From positions 556,632 to 620,631 of the forward strand of contig NW_005434654.1 in NCBI RefSeq assembly GCF_000315625.1: a DNA stretch of 64,000 nt, read 5' to 3'. The notes under the pieces were generated by a model. The model searched no databases. It was not told the DNA's origin and saw nothing but the letters and a program-made list of their open reading frames with translations. The stretch comes from Guillardia theta CCMP2712 (Eukaryota > Protista > Cryptophyta). Within the stretch, counting starts at the first letter, position 1. Each line of letters opens with the position of its first letter. Made by a program: the position numbers and the translations under genes. Below are positions 49,160 through 61,052 of the stretch, piece by piece.

Positions 49160-50490
49160 CTTTCATGTACCCCCACCCCTCTCATAAGTTGTCCTCACCT
49201 TCTTCATATGGTAAGTACCCCGCCGAAAACCACCACTACCTCATAATGAGTACTACCCACCGGTGGTCATCCGACTCGTCCAGATCGAGACCCATGATGC
49301 TATCTTACCCTACCCCAAACAAGTTTGCGACTATCTATATCACCCCCATCCTCCCCATGGTTGCCCTCTGAAAATACCCCTACCGAGCATGTAAGAGTCA
49401 AATAACCCCCTGCTTGGAATTCCCCTACCCTTGTGAGGAGTTCTTCACACCCCCACCCCACCATTTAACTTTGCCCCATATAGCCAGTACCCCACCCTCA
49501 AATTTTCCTTGGAAGATGGGACATATCTCGTTGTCGTGTCTTCATACCCCCATTTATTTGTGTCTCAAACACCCCTTGTATCAATGCTCTCTACCACCCC
49601 CTCTGAGAACGTATACTACCGGTGGTATTCATGGCTTCATTTTTGTAACCTTTCCTATGGGTCGCAATGCTCTTTCTACCCCAGACTACTGCCTATGATC
49701 TCTGTACCCCATCTGAAAATACCCCCACCCTACCCGTTGAGTACTTTCACCCTTACTTTTGATACAGCACTGCATCGAAAGAATCCGTAGTACCCCCAAG
49801 CCTGAGCTTGGAATTGAGAAGTACCCACCCTTGCAGGTAACAATTGTCCTTCCCAATCGGACCAATCGCATTCGATAACTACCACCCCCAATAGTTGGAA
49901 CCTATCACCACCCCCAAAACATCTACCCCCTTGCCATTGTACCCCACTTCCGACAGTACAAATCTTGTATACCCCCCCCAATCTCTTTTTCAGACTGAAC
50001 CCCTGCGGCCTAATTTACGACTACCAGATATTCTGCATCCCACAGACTACCCCTGACCCCTCAGGATGATACACCCACCACTGCACATGCATCACCAAGG
50101 GGGTCATCGGCCCCCAATCCTTGCAGGGGCCAACACCCCGGTCACTACCCCCACCTTTCGAGAAGCATACCAAAGCAATGATAGAGGGGTGCTTGGTTCA
50201 GAACATATTGAAGCCACCCACGCATTTACCTCCAAAATCCGGCTGAAGACCCCGTACACAGCAGACAGTCATAGTACCACCTGTCTCTTCCAACCACCCA
50301 CCCCACTTCAATGATTTTTACTACAGCTGCGTCGTCTGCCCCCGGCCCCAAGTCGCAAACTCACAACCCTTGAAGGGACCCTACCCCTGGACAAGACCTC
50401 AGGACCACCACAGGACCCCAGTACCCCGCCACGTCCCTCCGACACCCGTTAGAGGTCACCGTACTACCTCCTACCCCACCCTCCCCTTAC
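49160..50490 (+). promoter_or_regulatory. Dense strand-biased TACCCC / CCCCACCC motif cluster between divergent genes
   Basis: About 17 TACCCC copies on the + strand in 1.3 kb; similar clusters at 9670-9860 and 18440-18870. Confidence 0.45.
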
Positions 50491-51378
50491 GAGCTTCTGG
50501 TCAGTCAAAAAGTGCTGATCGGAGGCTTCTGCCCCGGTGCTAGTAGGCTACGCCCTGTTCCCCACTTGATGGCGCCCCCCCGGTCTCTTCCCCACACTAG
50601 AGGGATGCCCCTCGCCCGGCCTGGTGCACCGTCCGACGTCCGGGCCCGATGTGCAACGGCGTACCATTTTTTACACGTGAAGTTAACTTTGAGTATTAAC
50701 TCAAGTTGAAATCGGAAACTTGGCAAGTTGAAGCCGGGGCCCGGCCGGCCGGGAGCGGGAGGCTCGCCGGGCTGACTCACTGCCAGTGAGCGGCCGGCGC
50801 AACGGCCCGGCGGCCCGGGCCCGGCCCGCGGCCCCGGGAGTGTGACGGCAGTGAGCCTGTCACGTGTGCGGGGGGCGGGCGCCGCCGTAGCCGCGTACTA
50901 CCGGGTAGCCTACTGACATGAGAGTCGGATCCCCCGGCCCCGTCATGAGCCTCGGAGACTCCCGTCGTCACGTAGTACGGCGGGGCGGTAACGATCGGAC
51001 GGCGTCGACGGTGCCGGGCCCGGCGGGGGGCCGGGCCAGGCCCGGCCGACTCGGACCCGGACCCGGACAAACTTCCAAACGGCGTGTACCGGGATACCAA
51101 CCGCCCCCCGGCGTACTTGCGCGGCCGGGCCCCGCCCCACCATCTTGCCCATCACCAACTAGCCTTCAGACCTGGCAACGGCAGCTGCGGAGCCAGGGCC
51201 AGGCTCAGCCAGGGCCTGACATCATCAGGCTGGCAGTGGGTGCCACGGTGGCCCTTGCTCAGTGGAGAGGGGCTTGCCTAACAACAATGGCAGCATATCG
51301 TCGGCAGAGTCGGCCAGGGACCCCGCGCCTACCGTACTCAGTGTTGCTATCAAATCTTTTCCGGACTGAGCTGAGTTC

Positions 51379-53185
51379 ATGAACTTTGAGATGGAAGCAG
51401 ACCCAAACGTGTCCGTGGTCGTTGTGTCTGGAGAAATTGATCCAGAAATTGGTGAATGGTTGTACGGAGATGACGGGGAGTCAAGTCCCCACAAGAGTAG
51501 CTCAGCCGTGGAAAAACCCACTCAGGCAGGAAAGAGGAGTAAGAGAGGCTTGTCGGTGGTTCGGCTGTACCATCCATCTCTGCAGAAGGCGATCGATGAA
51601 GAAGCAGCAGGCGAAAAAAGTTCAGAACGACACACGGATGCATACACACAACGCAGTGACATCGATGGTCAAGGGAAACTGTTCTCAGCTGACCATGAAC
51701 AGAGGAGGATTTGTTCATTTGTGGCATGCAGATATCTGCACGATCCAAGACACATGAAGCGATTCTGGCATCACTGTCCGAATGCTCAGACGTGCACATT
51801 GCTGAGAGACGAGAGGCATCTGAAGCATTTCCTTCACGAAGATGTCGGAATGGAAGCGAGCCCCATGATCGACGAAGTTCCCAATCAAGTTGAGAATGCA
51901 CGAGTTACACCATCGCTCTCAGCATCCATGTACCAGAACTTCCAGCCATCCATGTCCTGTTGTCCAAGAGGTGGGTACCGACCTCTCGGTGGAATTGCGC
52001 CTCAGTCCCTTGGAGAGCAGCGGGGGAGGAAGAAAGATTTTCTCCGGAAACAGGACTGGGTGAAGGTGCACGTTGAAAATTTAGATGTGGCATGGGATAG
52101 CGATGATTTTCTCAACAACCTTCGAAACATGACTCTGGCGTTGATTCACGATGCTAAAGTTGATACCATTCGAGGGAAGCCAACTGGAAATGGAATCATT
52201 CTGCTGTCCAACTACTCCGACGCTCAACATTTGGTCGAAGAACTTACAAGGAGAGGCATGAAGGCGAGCTACTCTGACAAACACAGCATACGAGTGAAAG
52301 TCGAGGAAGAGGACAACCTTTATGTTCGCAGGCAAAAGCTTAACAACGCAACAAACAGCAAGTTGCTTGAGATCAATCGCATCATACGATCCTGTGGTCC
52401 ATACTCGGATGATGCTGATGCGCTGATCAGACGGATGAAGTTTGAAGGGTTTCAGCCAAACAGCAATTCATATGAAACCCTGCTCAGATCCCTGCGAGAC
52501 GACGACCCTCCGAAAGCCTCCAAGGCGGAAAGAGTTCTGCGGTCGATCTGTCAAGAGCACATTGAAGTCACCCCTCATATGTGCAACATCGTTGTTGATG
52601 CCTGGATGAGAGTTGGAAACATCAAACGAGCTGAGCAGTTGGTGATGCAGATGGAAAATCGTGATATCATCGAGATTATCAGGACCAGGTGCTGCTCTCC
52701 CATGATTCGCCTCAGTCTGCTTCAATGTGTCTGACGCCTCTCCAGGTTTGAGGGCATTGATTCTGAGATACGGTACAAGTTTCCGAAGCCAAACCATGAG
52801 ACATACAACATCTTGTCCGACGGATGGGAAAGGGCAGGCTTGTTGGATGAGATCTCTGCCATTCAAACAGGTTACGATGCTGTCGACAAGGTTTGCTCCT
52901 TTTGATGCAACTCTGTCCTCTCCTTTCACACTCACTCGTTCCAGGGTGTCCTGGTCCCGGGGACCTCCGGGGCGTACTCCTCAGCTACGAGCTACATGGC
53001 AACGTGGGCAAGGCGGAGGAGTGGGTACTTTCCAAGGATTTTTGGCCTCAAGACCTCGGCAGTGGCCTACAGTGACAAGGATGGAGGTAACAGAGTGCGA
53101 GATGAGAGTGATCGTGTTTCGTGTCAGTCATGCTCGACTTGCAGGCAATTTCTACAGACTTTCTGAGTGGTATCCACGACATTAG
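51379..53185 (+). CDS. Protein with tandem CCHH (PBZ-like) zinc fingers, an RRM-like domain and PPR repeats (3' end uncertain)
   Basis: CSFVACRYLHDPRHMKRFWH and CPNAQTCTLLRDERHLKHFLH; VHVENLD...GKPTGNGIILL...DAQ; PNSNSYETLLRS, CNIVVDAWMRVGNIKRAEQL, PNHETYNIL. Confidence 0.7.
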
Positions 53186-53589
53186 AAGTGAGGTTGACAG
53201 TAAAGATATGAGGAGCGACCAAGTCCATCGCTCAACCAGAGCTTCCCAATCCAACACGGCACGTCATCGAGGTCTCCTGCTCGTCCCAGTCATCGTCGAG
53301 GCATCTCGGTCTCGCTGCTCCTCCCGACGTCCCTCGTAGCTCTTCCTTCCGAAGTTTCCCCCGAGCGTGTGGTCCCCGACAGGAAATGAGAAAACAGCCA
53401 ACGGCTGTTTCAACGGAAAAGGGGGAGCGAGGCAGGAGCGAGGGTGGAGATTGAAGAGCAACGTGGTTGGAGTCTGAGTGCACAGCAGAGAGGTCCAGCC
53501 ATTCCTGCTTCTTGCTTCTCGTTCCATCAGTCTCTTGTCTTCTTGCCTTCCCATCCTCGCCTCTTGTTATATACTTTCATTTTCTTCCG

Positions 53590-54138
53590 ATGACCCCACC
53601 AGTCATCAAGATTGAAGTGATCAAAGGAAACGGGCTGGGTCCTCATGGCAACGGGCCGTTGGCGAGATATCCGATCGGAAGGGGTCAGACTGACACCTTC
53701 TACAACAGCAAGCCCATCGGCAAGGGCACTGTGAGCATTGCGAAGCTCGGAGACAAGAATAATGTGCTGGATACGACTTTCCAGTGCAAGCAATTAACGT
53801 ACCATGTGGAGTTCCAGAAATATTTCCTTGTCAAGAACCTCAAAGTTCTGCTTGAGAAACAAGTACCTGAATACAAGCACGAGTTTCAGAGGCTTGTCCT
53901 GAAGGGCAAGGTCCTCGAGGACGACAGGGAGCTGTCTGAGTACGGGATCAACGCGTCTTCTGCAAGCTCTATCACGCTACAGATGTACCTGCTGCCAGAT
54001 CTAAGTGCCATCAACACAAGTGCGATCGAAGGTCCACGAAGGCAATCTGATGGGACACGAGTATGGCAGCCCATTGTAAATGCAACAGGACTAATTGGAC
54101 ACGATTTCTCATCTACGATTAGCTCCTTCGTTCCCTAG
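53590..54138 (+). CDS. Ubiquitin-like domain protein (single exon)
   Basis: VKNLKVLLEKQVP...FQRLVLKGKVLEDDRELSEYGI. Confidence 0.8.
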   Translation: MTPPVIKIEVIKGNGLGPHGNGPLARYPIGRGQTDTFYNSKPIGKGTVSIAKLGDKNNVLDTTFQCKQLTYHVEFQKYFLVKNLKVLLEKQVPEYKHEFQRLVLKGKVLEDDRELSEYGINASSASSITLQMYLLPDLSAINTSAIEGPRRQSDGTRVWQPIVNATGLIGHDFSSTISSFVP

Positions 54139-54242
54139 CTATTCAACTGTTCAGTTTGCATGATTTGTGAATTTTCGACAGTCTGTTTTTTTATTGTCTT
54201 AATGGAATCTGTAAATAAATGTGCTCGGAATGGTTGTTCTTT

Positions 54243-55396
54243 TTAGTTGTATGTGTCACACGAACCCATCAGGTCGCATATCATGATTTTGTTGTTCGGC
54301 ATTAAGATAGCGACTGTGTCGTTTTCTCTGAAGCCGTTGCCGTCAGCATGCAAGCATTCTCTCCAAGACATACTGGTATCATCAAAGCCCCAGATCACGA
54401 TGACAGCCCAATCAAGCTTGCGCGAGCGAATTGAGGAAGACAACTCCATGATTTCTCTGACAACCATTGGAGCTGGAATGAACCCCGCCATGTTTTGAAC
54501 GAAGACTTCACCCTTCACCGTAGGAAAAAGCTGGGGTGCCCTGGCAAATTCGACGAATTCGTCAACATCTCCTGAGTCTCTGGAGTTACTCTGCAAAGTG
54601 CAAAGCCCTACCCATTCCAGGAGGTCGTGTATACCCTCGGCCTCCAACCTCCCCTCGCAAGCTGGGGTAAAGACCGGAATGTGAATATCTTTCTTGTTCA
54701 TGCTAGAATATTCGATCGCCAAACATGTACAGCTATCGACATTTTGCTCATGTAATTCGACGGCTTCACAAGTCCCCTCGCGGCAGTGAGCAACAAGGAT
54801 CCTGATAGGCTGCATCCTGGAGAGGCACCAAGATACCCGATCATATAGCTGCTTGCCCGCACAGAACGAGTCTGCTAACAAGTCTACTGATATTCGGTAC
54901 GATTTTTCCCCTTGATGAAATTTCACTTCGGCCCCTACCAATCCCAACTTTTGTAGGTGGAGGTATCAACGTGAAGATACAGTTTTCCTTTCACAATACA
55001 CATCGAATTGCAAGACAGTGTCGCATTTCCAGATGTTAGACAGTACAAGTCACCGTCCTTGACGTACCTCGCTATGAAAGAAGGGTCTAGAAATATCGCC
55101 GGGCGAGCAGTGATGATGGAAAATCTGTCTTTGTTGATTCTGGCCGGCTCCTGAACCCTTGGAGTTACAATGCTGACACGGTTGGCAAAGTGATGTTGGG
55201 AAATAGATGAAGCTTCTTTCCAGAACCTGTCTGCCTCGTCCCGTCTCGCCTCTGCTCCCTCCTCGCTGACGGCGATCAGTCGGCATGAAATCCTTGCCAT
55301 CGATGCGGCTATGCCAACTCGGGACAAGACTGCATCTCGCTCATGCGAACTTTTGGAGGGCCTCAGTGGGAATGTGGGTGGAGCAACGACGAACAT
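54243..55396 (-). CDS. RPP40: Ribonuclease P/MRP subunit p40, with an apparent 1-nt frameshift at ~54950
   Basis: HHFANRVSIV, FIARYVKDGDLYCL, GKLYLHVDTSTY / LGLVG, LLEWVG, WAVIVIWGFDDTSMSW...ENDTVAIL; split over two overlapping ORFs. Confidence 0.82.
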
Positions 55397-55552
55397 AGGA
55401 TGAACAGGGGTATCGACAAAGGCATGATTTTATAAGTGAGGCTCTAATTAAAACAAGAGAACATCTTATCATGCGCTTCCTCCATGGGTCATCAGGACCC
55501 TGGGAATGATACGGTAGTCAACAGAGGAAAGTGGGGGTACCTTTGAGAGGCT

Positions 55553-56760
55553 ATGGCTCTGCGAGCAGCATGCGCTGCGGGGTCGATGGCCTTGCGGAAG
55601 GCAGGGAGGCCAGCGGGAGCTGCCGCGATGCAGGGATGTTTCATGCCCAGCTATGGTGCGGGATTTTCTCACCTGATGTGGGGAACATGCGCGACAACTC
55701 TGGACGGAAGAAGATTCGCATCACAGAGCACGAACAAGTTGCACGATCTAGATTCGGCCGTGCAAAAGGTTTTGAAGGGATCAGATCGCAAATTCGTTGA
55801 GAGGTGAAAGTCCATTGTTACGTTATGAATTTATTCCAAGTTGCTCACATTTTGCCTGTTGCCTCAGTGTGGAAGTGTGTATCGAGACAGCCTTGGACCC
55901 CCGCAAGGCAGACCATTTGATAAGGGGGCTTGTCAAATTGCCACACGGTAATTGATCAGCCTCATCCATTCCTTCCATTCAATTTCTGTGACTTTGTAAT
56001 TCGGATTGAAGGTAACGGGAAATCGATCAAGATTGCTGTTTTTGCCACTGGTGAAGCTGCTGATGCAGCCAAGAGGTGAAGATTTTTGTCAGAACTTTTT
56101 GGTTGCTAATGGGCTTTAACACAGGCTTGGGGTGGAAAACGTGGGACTTGAGGACTTGATTGAAAAGGTGAAGGAAGGAAAGCTGGATTTCGAAAGGTAC
56201 TGCTGTATGCCCGAGAGAAAATTCTGATCTCTGTGAAGATGTCTGGCTACTCCGCAAGCAATGCCTAAACTCAACAGCATAGGTCTCGCCCTTGATCGCT
56301 TGCTATCCTATGCTGAGGCTGATTACGATATGCAGCACGTATTCTTGGCCCACGTGGTCTGATGCCAAATCCAAAGACCCAGACAGTGACGGAGGACATC
56401 GAAAAAGGGATCAAGGACCTCAGATCGGGCTTGGTGTTCAAGGTCGACAAGGCAGGGTACATCCATGGATGTATCGGCAAGATCGATTACACGCCAGAAC
56501 AAATCAAGGAAAACCTCTCCGTTTTCGTGTCAACAATCACAGATCTGCGCCCAAAGTCGCTATCCGGTCAATTTCTCAAGAGTTGTTTGATTAAGTGTAC
56601 TATGGGCAAAGCCTTCAAAATCAAAATGTCAGAACTCACAGGAACGTCTTCCGAAACTGCTTCTCCTTCATCGACTTCTGAAAAGAAGGAAAGTGACTGG
56701 TGTTCCATTCCGCTTGATCTTATCCTTTGACTCAGGAGGTCCGCCGCAGAGGCATTGATC
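55553..56760 (+). CDS. MRPL1: Mitochondrial ribosomal protein uL1 (multi-exon)
   Basis: Mitochondrial-type presequence; KFVE-SVEV...[63 protein letters not shown]. Confidence 0.9.
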
Positions 56761-57867
56761 CTTCAACGTGGGGTACTGTCGACCTTTCCTTGGTATGATG
56801 AGCACTCGAATCTTGTTGTCGGAGATGGACTTTCTCACAATCATGCAGGTCAAGTCCATGAAGCTGAAGAAGTATTTGATTGCACGACGCAAGGAAGAAG
56901 GTCTGATGGACGAGAGCGAGGAGTCGAGCGATGTGGCCCGGCAATAAAAGCCCGGACAACCTTTCTTCTTATTCTGTGCTGATCAGCATTGTTGCAAATT
57001 GTCAGTCCATGCAATCTAGATGCTAAACTTGTGTGGCTATTCCTCTCGGTCCTACAATTCGTCACGCAGTGTTGGCTGTCAAACAGTGACTGCCCGGCGG
57101 TTCCGCCCGGCGATGACGGCGGCGACGGACCGGATGATGGAACGAAGCTGAAACCGTTGAACGGAGTCATACAAACTTGAAATCAGTAAAGCCGCTGCTA
57201 GTGCACCTGTTTCAACCGAGAACAGTTGTGACATCACTGAAAGTCATCGGAAGTGTCCGGCCCGCCATAGTTTCAACGTGAGAGGGCGCCTAGGGGCCCG
57301 CGGCGGCCTGGGCGCAGGAGCGGCCGGCCCGTCCCTGGCGGCATCATCATCGCCGAGTCGGGCGGCCTGAGACCGGCGCGGCCCGGGCCCAGTGCCGCTG
57401 TCACCCGGAAGCGGCCGCACTACTACCCCTTCTAGGCTTGAATCACCCCGCCGCCGGCCGCCCCGCGGGGCCCGGGGCCGCGCGCGGTGCGCCGAGTCGG
57501 CCCACTGAGGAGTCACAGTCACTGAGTCACCTATGCACAAGAGGGAGCAGACTGAGAAGTTCGGAGACGGTTCGGGAAGAACTTGAAAAGCCTCTCGGAG
57601 ATTCGGACTGAACTCGGAAGGCTCGTCAAGAAGCCGCAGGGTCGCGGGAGTGGTGAAAGTGCGGGGATGTGGTTGCATTTGGGGCGGATCCATTTCAATT
57701 TACAGCAGAGATTTGAAGTTCAAGGAACAAAAATCAGGATTCTTTTCAAATCTACAAAATTGTAAAAAGGGGGCACAATGCATCGCTGAAGGTTGGTCGG
57801 AGGTTGGTTGGGGTGAGGGACGAAGGGATCTCGATAGGGAAGCGAGAACAGAGGATGAGAAGGACGA

Positions 57868-58012
57868 GGAGAGGGAGAGGAAGAGGGAGAGGAAGAGGGA
57901 GAGGAAGAGGGAGAGGGAGAGGGAGAGGGAGAGGGAGAGGGAGAGGGAAACGGAGTGGGAGCGGAAGGGAAAGAGAACGAGAACGAGAACGAGAACGAGA
58001 ACGAGAACGAGA
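57868..58012 (+). repeat. Purine-rich microsatellites (GAGAGG)n and (GAGAAC)n upstream of the FAS1-GrpE gene
   Basis: Seen directly in the sequence. Confidence 0.9.
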
Positions 58013-58121
58013 AAGGGACAAGTACAAGCAAAGAAACAGGGGCAGCATGTAGGTCTTCCTAAGACCTTCTTGAACAGGTAATTCTGGGTTTCTGTGGGAG
58101 AAAGACATCAAAGAGAGGAGA

Positions 58122-60690
58122 ATGCGGAGTTTTTCATTCTTATCGTACGCGGCCTTCCTTTTCAGCTTGATCGCAACCTGTGAGTCAATATTCTAACATC
58201 TTAATTTCTGATTGCACCAAAGGCCATGGTTTCGTCAATACTCGGCTGCCTTCCACACTTCACGTGCTCACTGTGACGACGAGCTGGACGTCATCTGAGA
58301 TTTGTCACAGTCCGAATCCAAAATTCACCTTCGAACGAGACGAGGGCTGCCCTTGTGCCAGGCACAGCCTTCGCAGGTTGAGTCTGCAGGGCCAAAACTG
58401 GGCGAAAAGGCCAAGAATCTCATCAAGTCATCGTCATCGGCCGTGCAGAGCTTCTTCAATCGGGTGAATTTTTCCCTGACCAAACAAAAAACAGGCTCAC
58501 TTTTGCTTGCATGGTGCCAACAGTTTCGGAAGCCAAATGAAGAAGACATGTTTAAGGACAGAATGGACATGATGGCGTCTTTGTCAAAGATGAACAGGTT
58601 TCAAACTGTTTTGGTGACTTCCTTGCACTTATCAATATTCAGCTTGACAGCAGAATTCAGCATTTTAATTTCTGCTCTCAATGCGACAGGTTTGAAGTGT
58701 AATTATCATCTTTTGTAAGCATCAACTTTACCTAGGCTTAGCTGAGACGCTCAGCAACGGCAATGAAACGTGGACATTCTTTGCTCCGTCGAACAGCGCT
58801 TTCAGCAAGGTATACTGATCCCCGGACAATCGCAAAGTTAATAATAGTCCTTGTGAAGCTTCCTAAAGACTGCCTGTTGTGGGAATGCATCGAAAATTTG
58901 CAGGTCCCTCCTGAAGGCAGGAAGCAAGTCTTGATGGAAGAGTTGAAACAGTTTCTGTTGGGAAGGTCCGCAGATCTTCGCTTCTTCGTGTTTTGACTCC
59001 ATGTAGCCTTGTCAAGGGCCGCTGGTCCATCGACAAACTGAATGGGAGATATGAAACATTGTCCTCCGCACGAGGACGAAAGGTTGTTACAGATCTTCGC
59101 ACAGGTGAAGTGTTGGAAGGTCGATGAGGGTCCTGAATTTTCAATCAGCCACCACCCCCTCTGACTACACGGACTATGTGTTGGACGAAGAGATTAAGCA
59201 GAAGGAACGTGTTTGTTGCGCTGATACTTGTCGTGCCCAATGAGTGACAGGAAGGACAGGTCAAGAAATGCAACGCTGTCATCATCTACTCGGCAGATTT
59301 GCAGTGCAGCAACGGAGTCGTTCACATCGTTGACAGGTGCATGGTTGGATGAATCGATCGCCATATGTGATCCATGTTTCAGCTTGCTGGATGGGATATG
59401 CCCTTTGATCTACTCTCCTACACAGATCTCCTTGAAGTGATTCGCACACTTCTTATGCTCAGATTTGTTCACTCGTTGTCGCAGCATTTCGTCTTACCCT
59501 GAGTTGCGCGCTCGCGCAGACGAGTTAGAGTCTCGTGTCCTCGAAACTCGCGCGAGGTACCAGGAGTTGGAGACTGAGATTCGTCCCTTGAACGAGCTGG
59601 TGAGGAGGAGCGCAGGTGTGGCAGGGTGTGAGGTTGGCTCGCTCAGGTGGAGGACAAGAAGTTGACGAGGCCGTCCTGCAAGGAGCTGTCCGTTACGTAC
59701 GAGCGACTGGCCACGGACTTTGAAAACTTCAAGACCAGGTGAAGTCCCACTTGCCGAGTTTGCTGCTGAGGCACGGTCACAGGTCAGAGCAAGAGCTGGC
59801 TACAGCTAGAGAGTCTGCCGCTGCAGATGTGACGTCAAACCTGATGAAGGTACCCTAGTCTCCGATGCTTTTTCTCTTGTGTGAAGCTTTCCAACCCCCA
59901 AGGTGCTGGACTCGTTGGAACGAGCTGAAAGTTCCTTCAACTTACAAACAGACAGGGAAAAGGAGATAGTTTCATCCTACAAGGTCGGCCCCTGATGCCC
60001 TGCTGAGTGCCTGACCTCCTCTTGTTGGTATCCAGGAAGTTGATTCCCTCCTTCTTGCCATCCTTGAGCAACAGGTGATTCGATCCTCTCACCACAGCCC
60101 TCCTTACCCGCCTTCGACTCAAGGGAGTGGCTACCATCGAGTCTCTGGGGCAGAAGTTTGACCCTCTCAAGCACGAAGCTGTCTCGCAGCGACCTTCGTC
60201 GGAGCATCCCGATGGGTTCGTGGCCGAGCAGTTCCAGCGGGGATACATGGTGGGCAAGAGGTGAGGGCGAGCTGGAAATCTCTTGCGCTGGCAGGCTCCT
60301 TGACTCTTACCAGGGTGGTCCGACCAGCTCTTGTCGTCGTCTCGAGCGGCCCAGAGCAGCAAGAGCCTGCGGGTGTCCCTGAGAAGGGAGAGGAAGCAGA
60401 AGCAACGACGGAGGTCGGTGAAACAGCAGCATTGGCAGACAAAGATCAACAGGAAGGGTCGACGGTAATCATTGACAGAACCTTTCAAGATGTATATAAA
60501 TCCATTTCGACGAAAGGAAGGAAAACAAGTGCAAGACGGAGGAAGGTGAACCCTGGGAGCTCCGAGACCCGTGAGTGTGCTGCTGTTCCTGGCTCTTTCC
60601 GCTGACTGGCTCGCCTGGTGCTGCAGGATGGGATGGAAGATCTCGCGAGAACTTCAAGGGTCGAATGGTCAACCAGCGCAAGAAGTAATT
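58122..60690 (+). CDS. Plastid-targeted fasciclin (FAS1) - GrpE nucleotide-exchange-factor fusion (multi-exon; 3' end approximate)
   Basis: Bipartite leader MRSFSFLSYAAFLFSLIATCHG/FVNT...; FAS1 motifs FSILISAL, WTFFAPSNSAF, DLQCSNGVVHIVD; GrpE motifs RLATDFENFKTR, VLDSLERA, IESLGQKFDPLKHEAV, QRGYMVG-RVVRPALVVVS. Confidence 0.8.
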
Positions 60691-61052
60691 CGATGAATAA
60701 AAGGTGTAACAAAGTTTATGATGAACACCACACATGTCTCCATCGGTCTCCGTCCCTTCTCTTGTAATTTCTTCTACACGCCTATACGTCTCACCGCCTC
60801 GCTCCTCGTGCTTCCCGGCAACTCATCAGCCCTGCAAGAGTTCTGATCGTCGATAGCGATGGTGTGGCGTTGAAGCGATGGTGGTACTTGAGGTGGTGCT
60901 TGGTACCAGTAAGTTGCTACTTTAAATCATGAGCCTTGGTCATTGGCCGCCGCGCGGTGGCAGGCGTGTAGATTTGAAAAATCTGAGGCGGGTTCCATCA
61001 TTCGGTGGCGGGAATGGATGGAGTCGAAGGAATGGCAGGAGTGCGAGGAGGG

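Noticed and set aside
48600-51300. Autonomous transposon in the 2.8-kb intergenic region
   Set aside because: No transposase, reverse transcriptase or integrase motifs, and no terminal repeats or target-site duplications found by eye
57650-58111. RE/RT/PL dipeptide-repeat ORFs or a telomere-like tract
   Set aside because: Translation of hexamer microsatellites; internal position with genes on both sides
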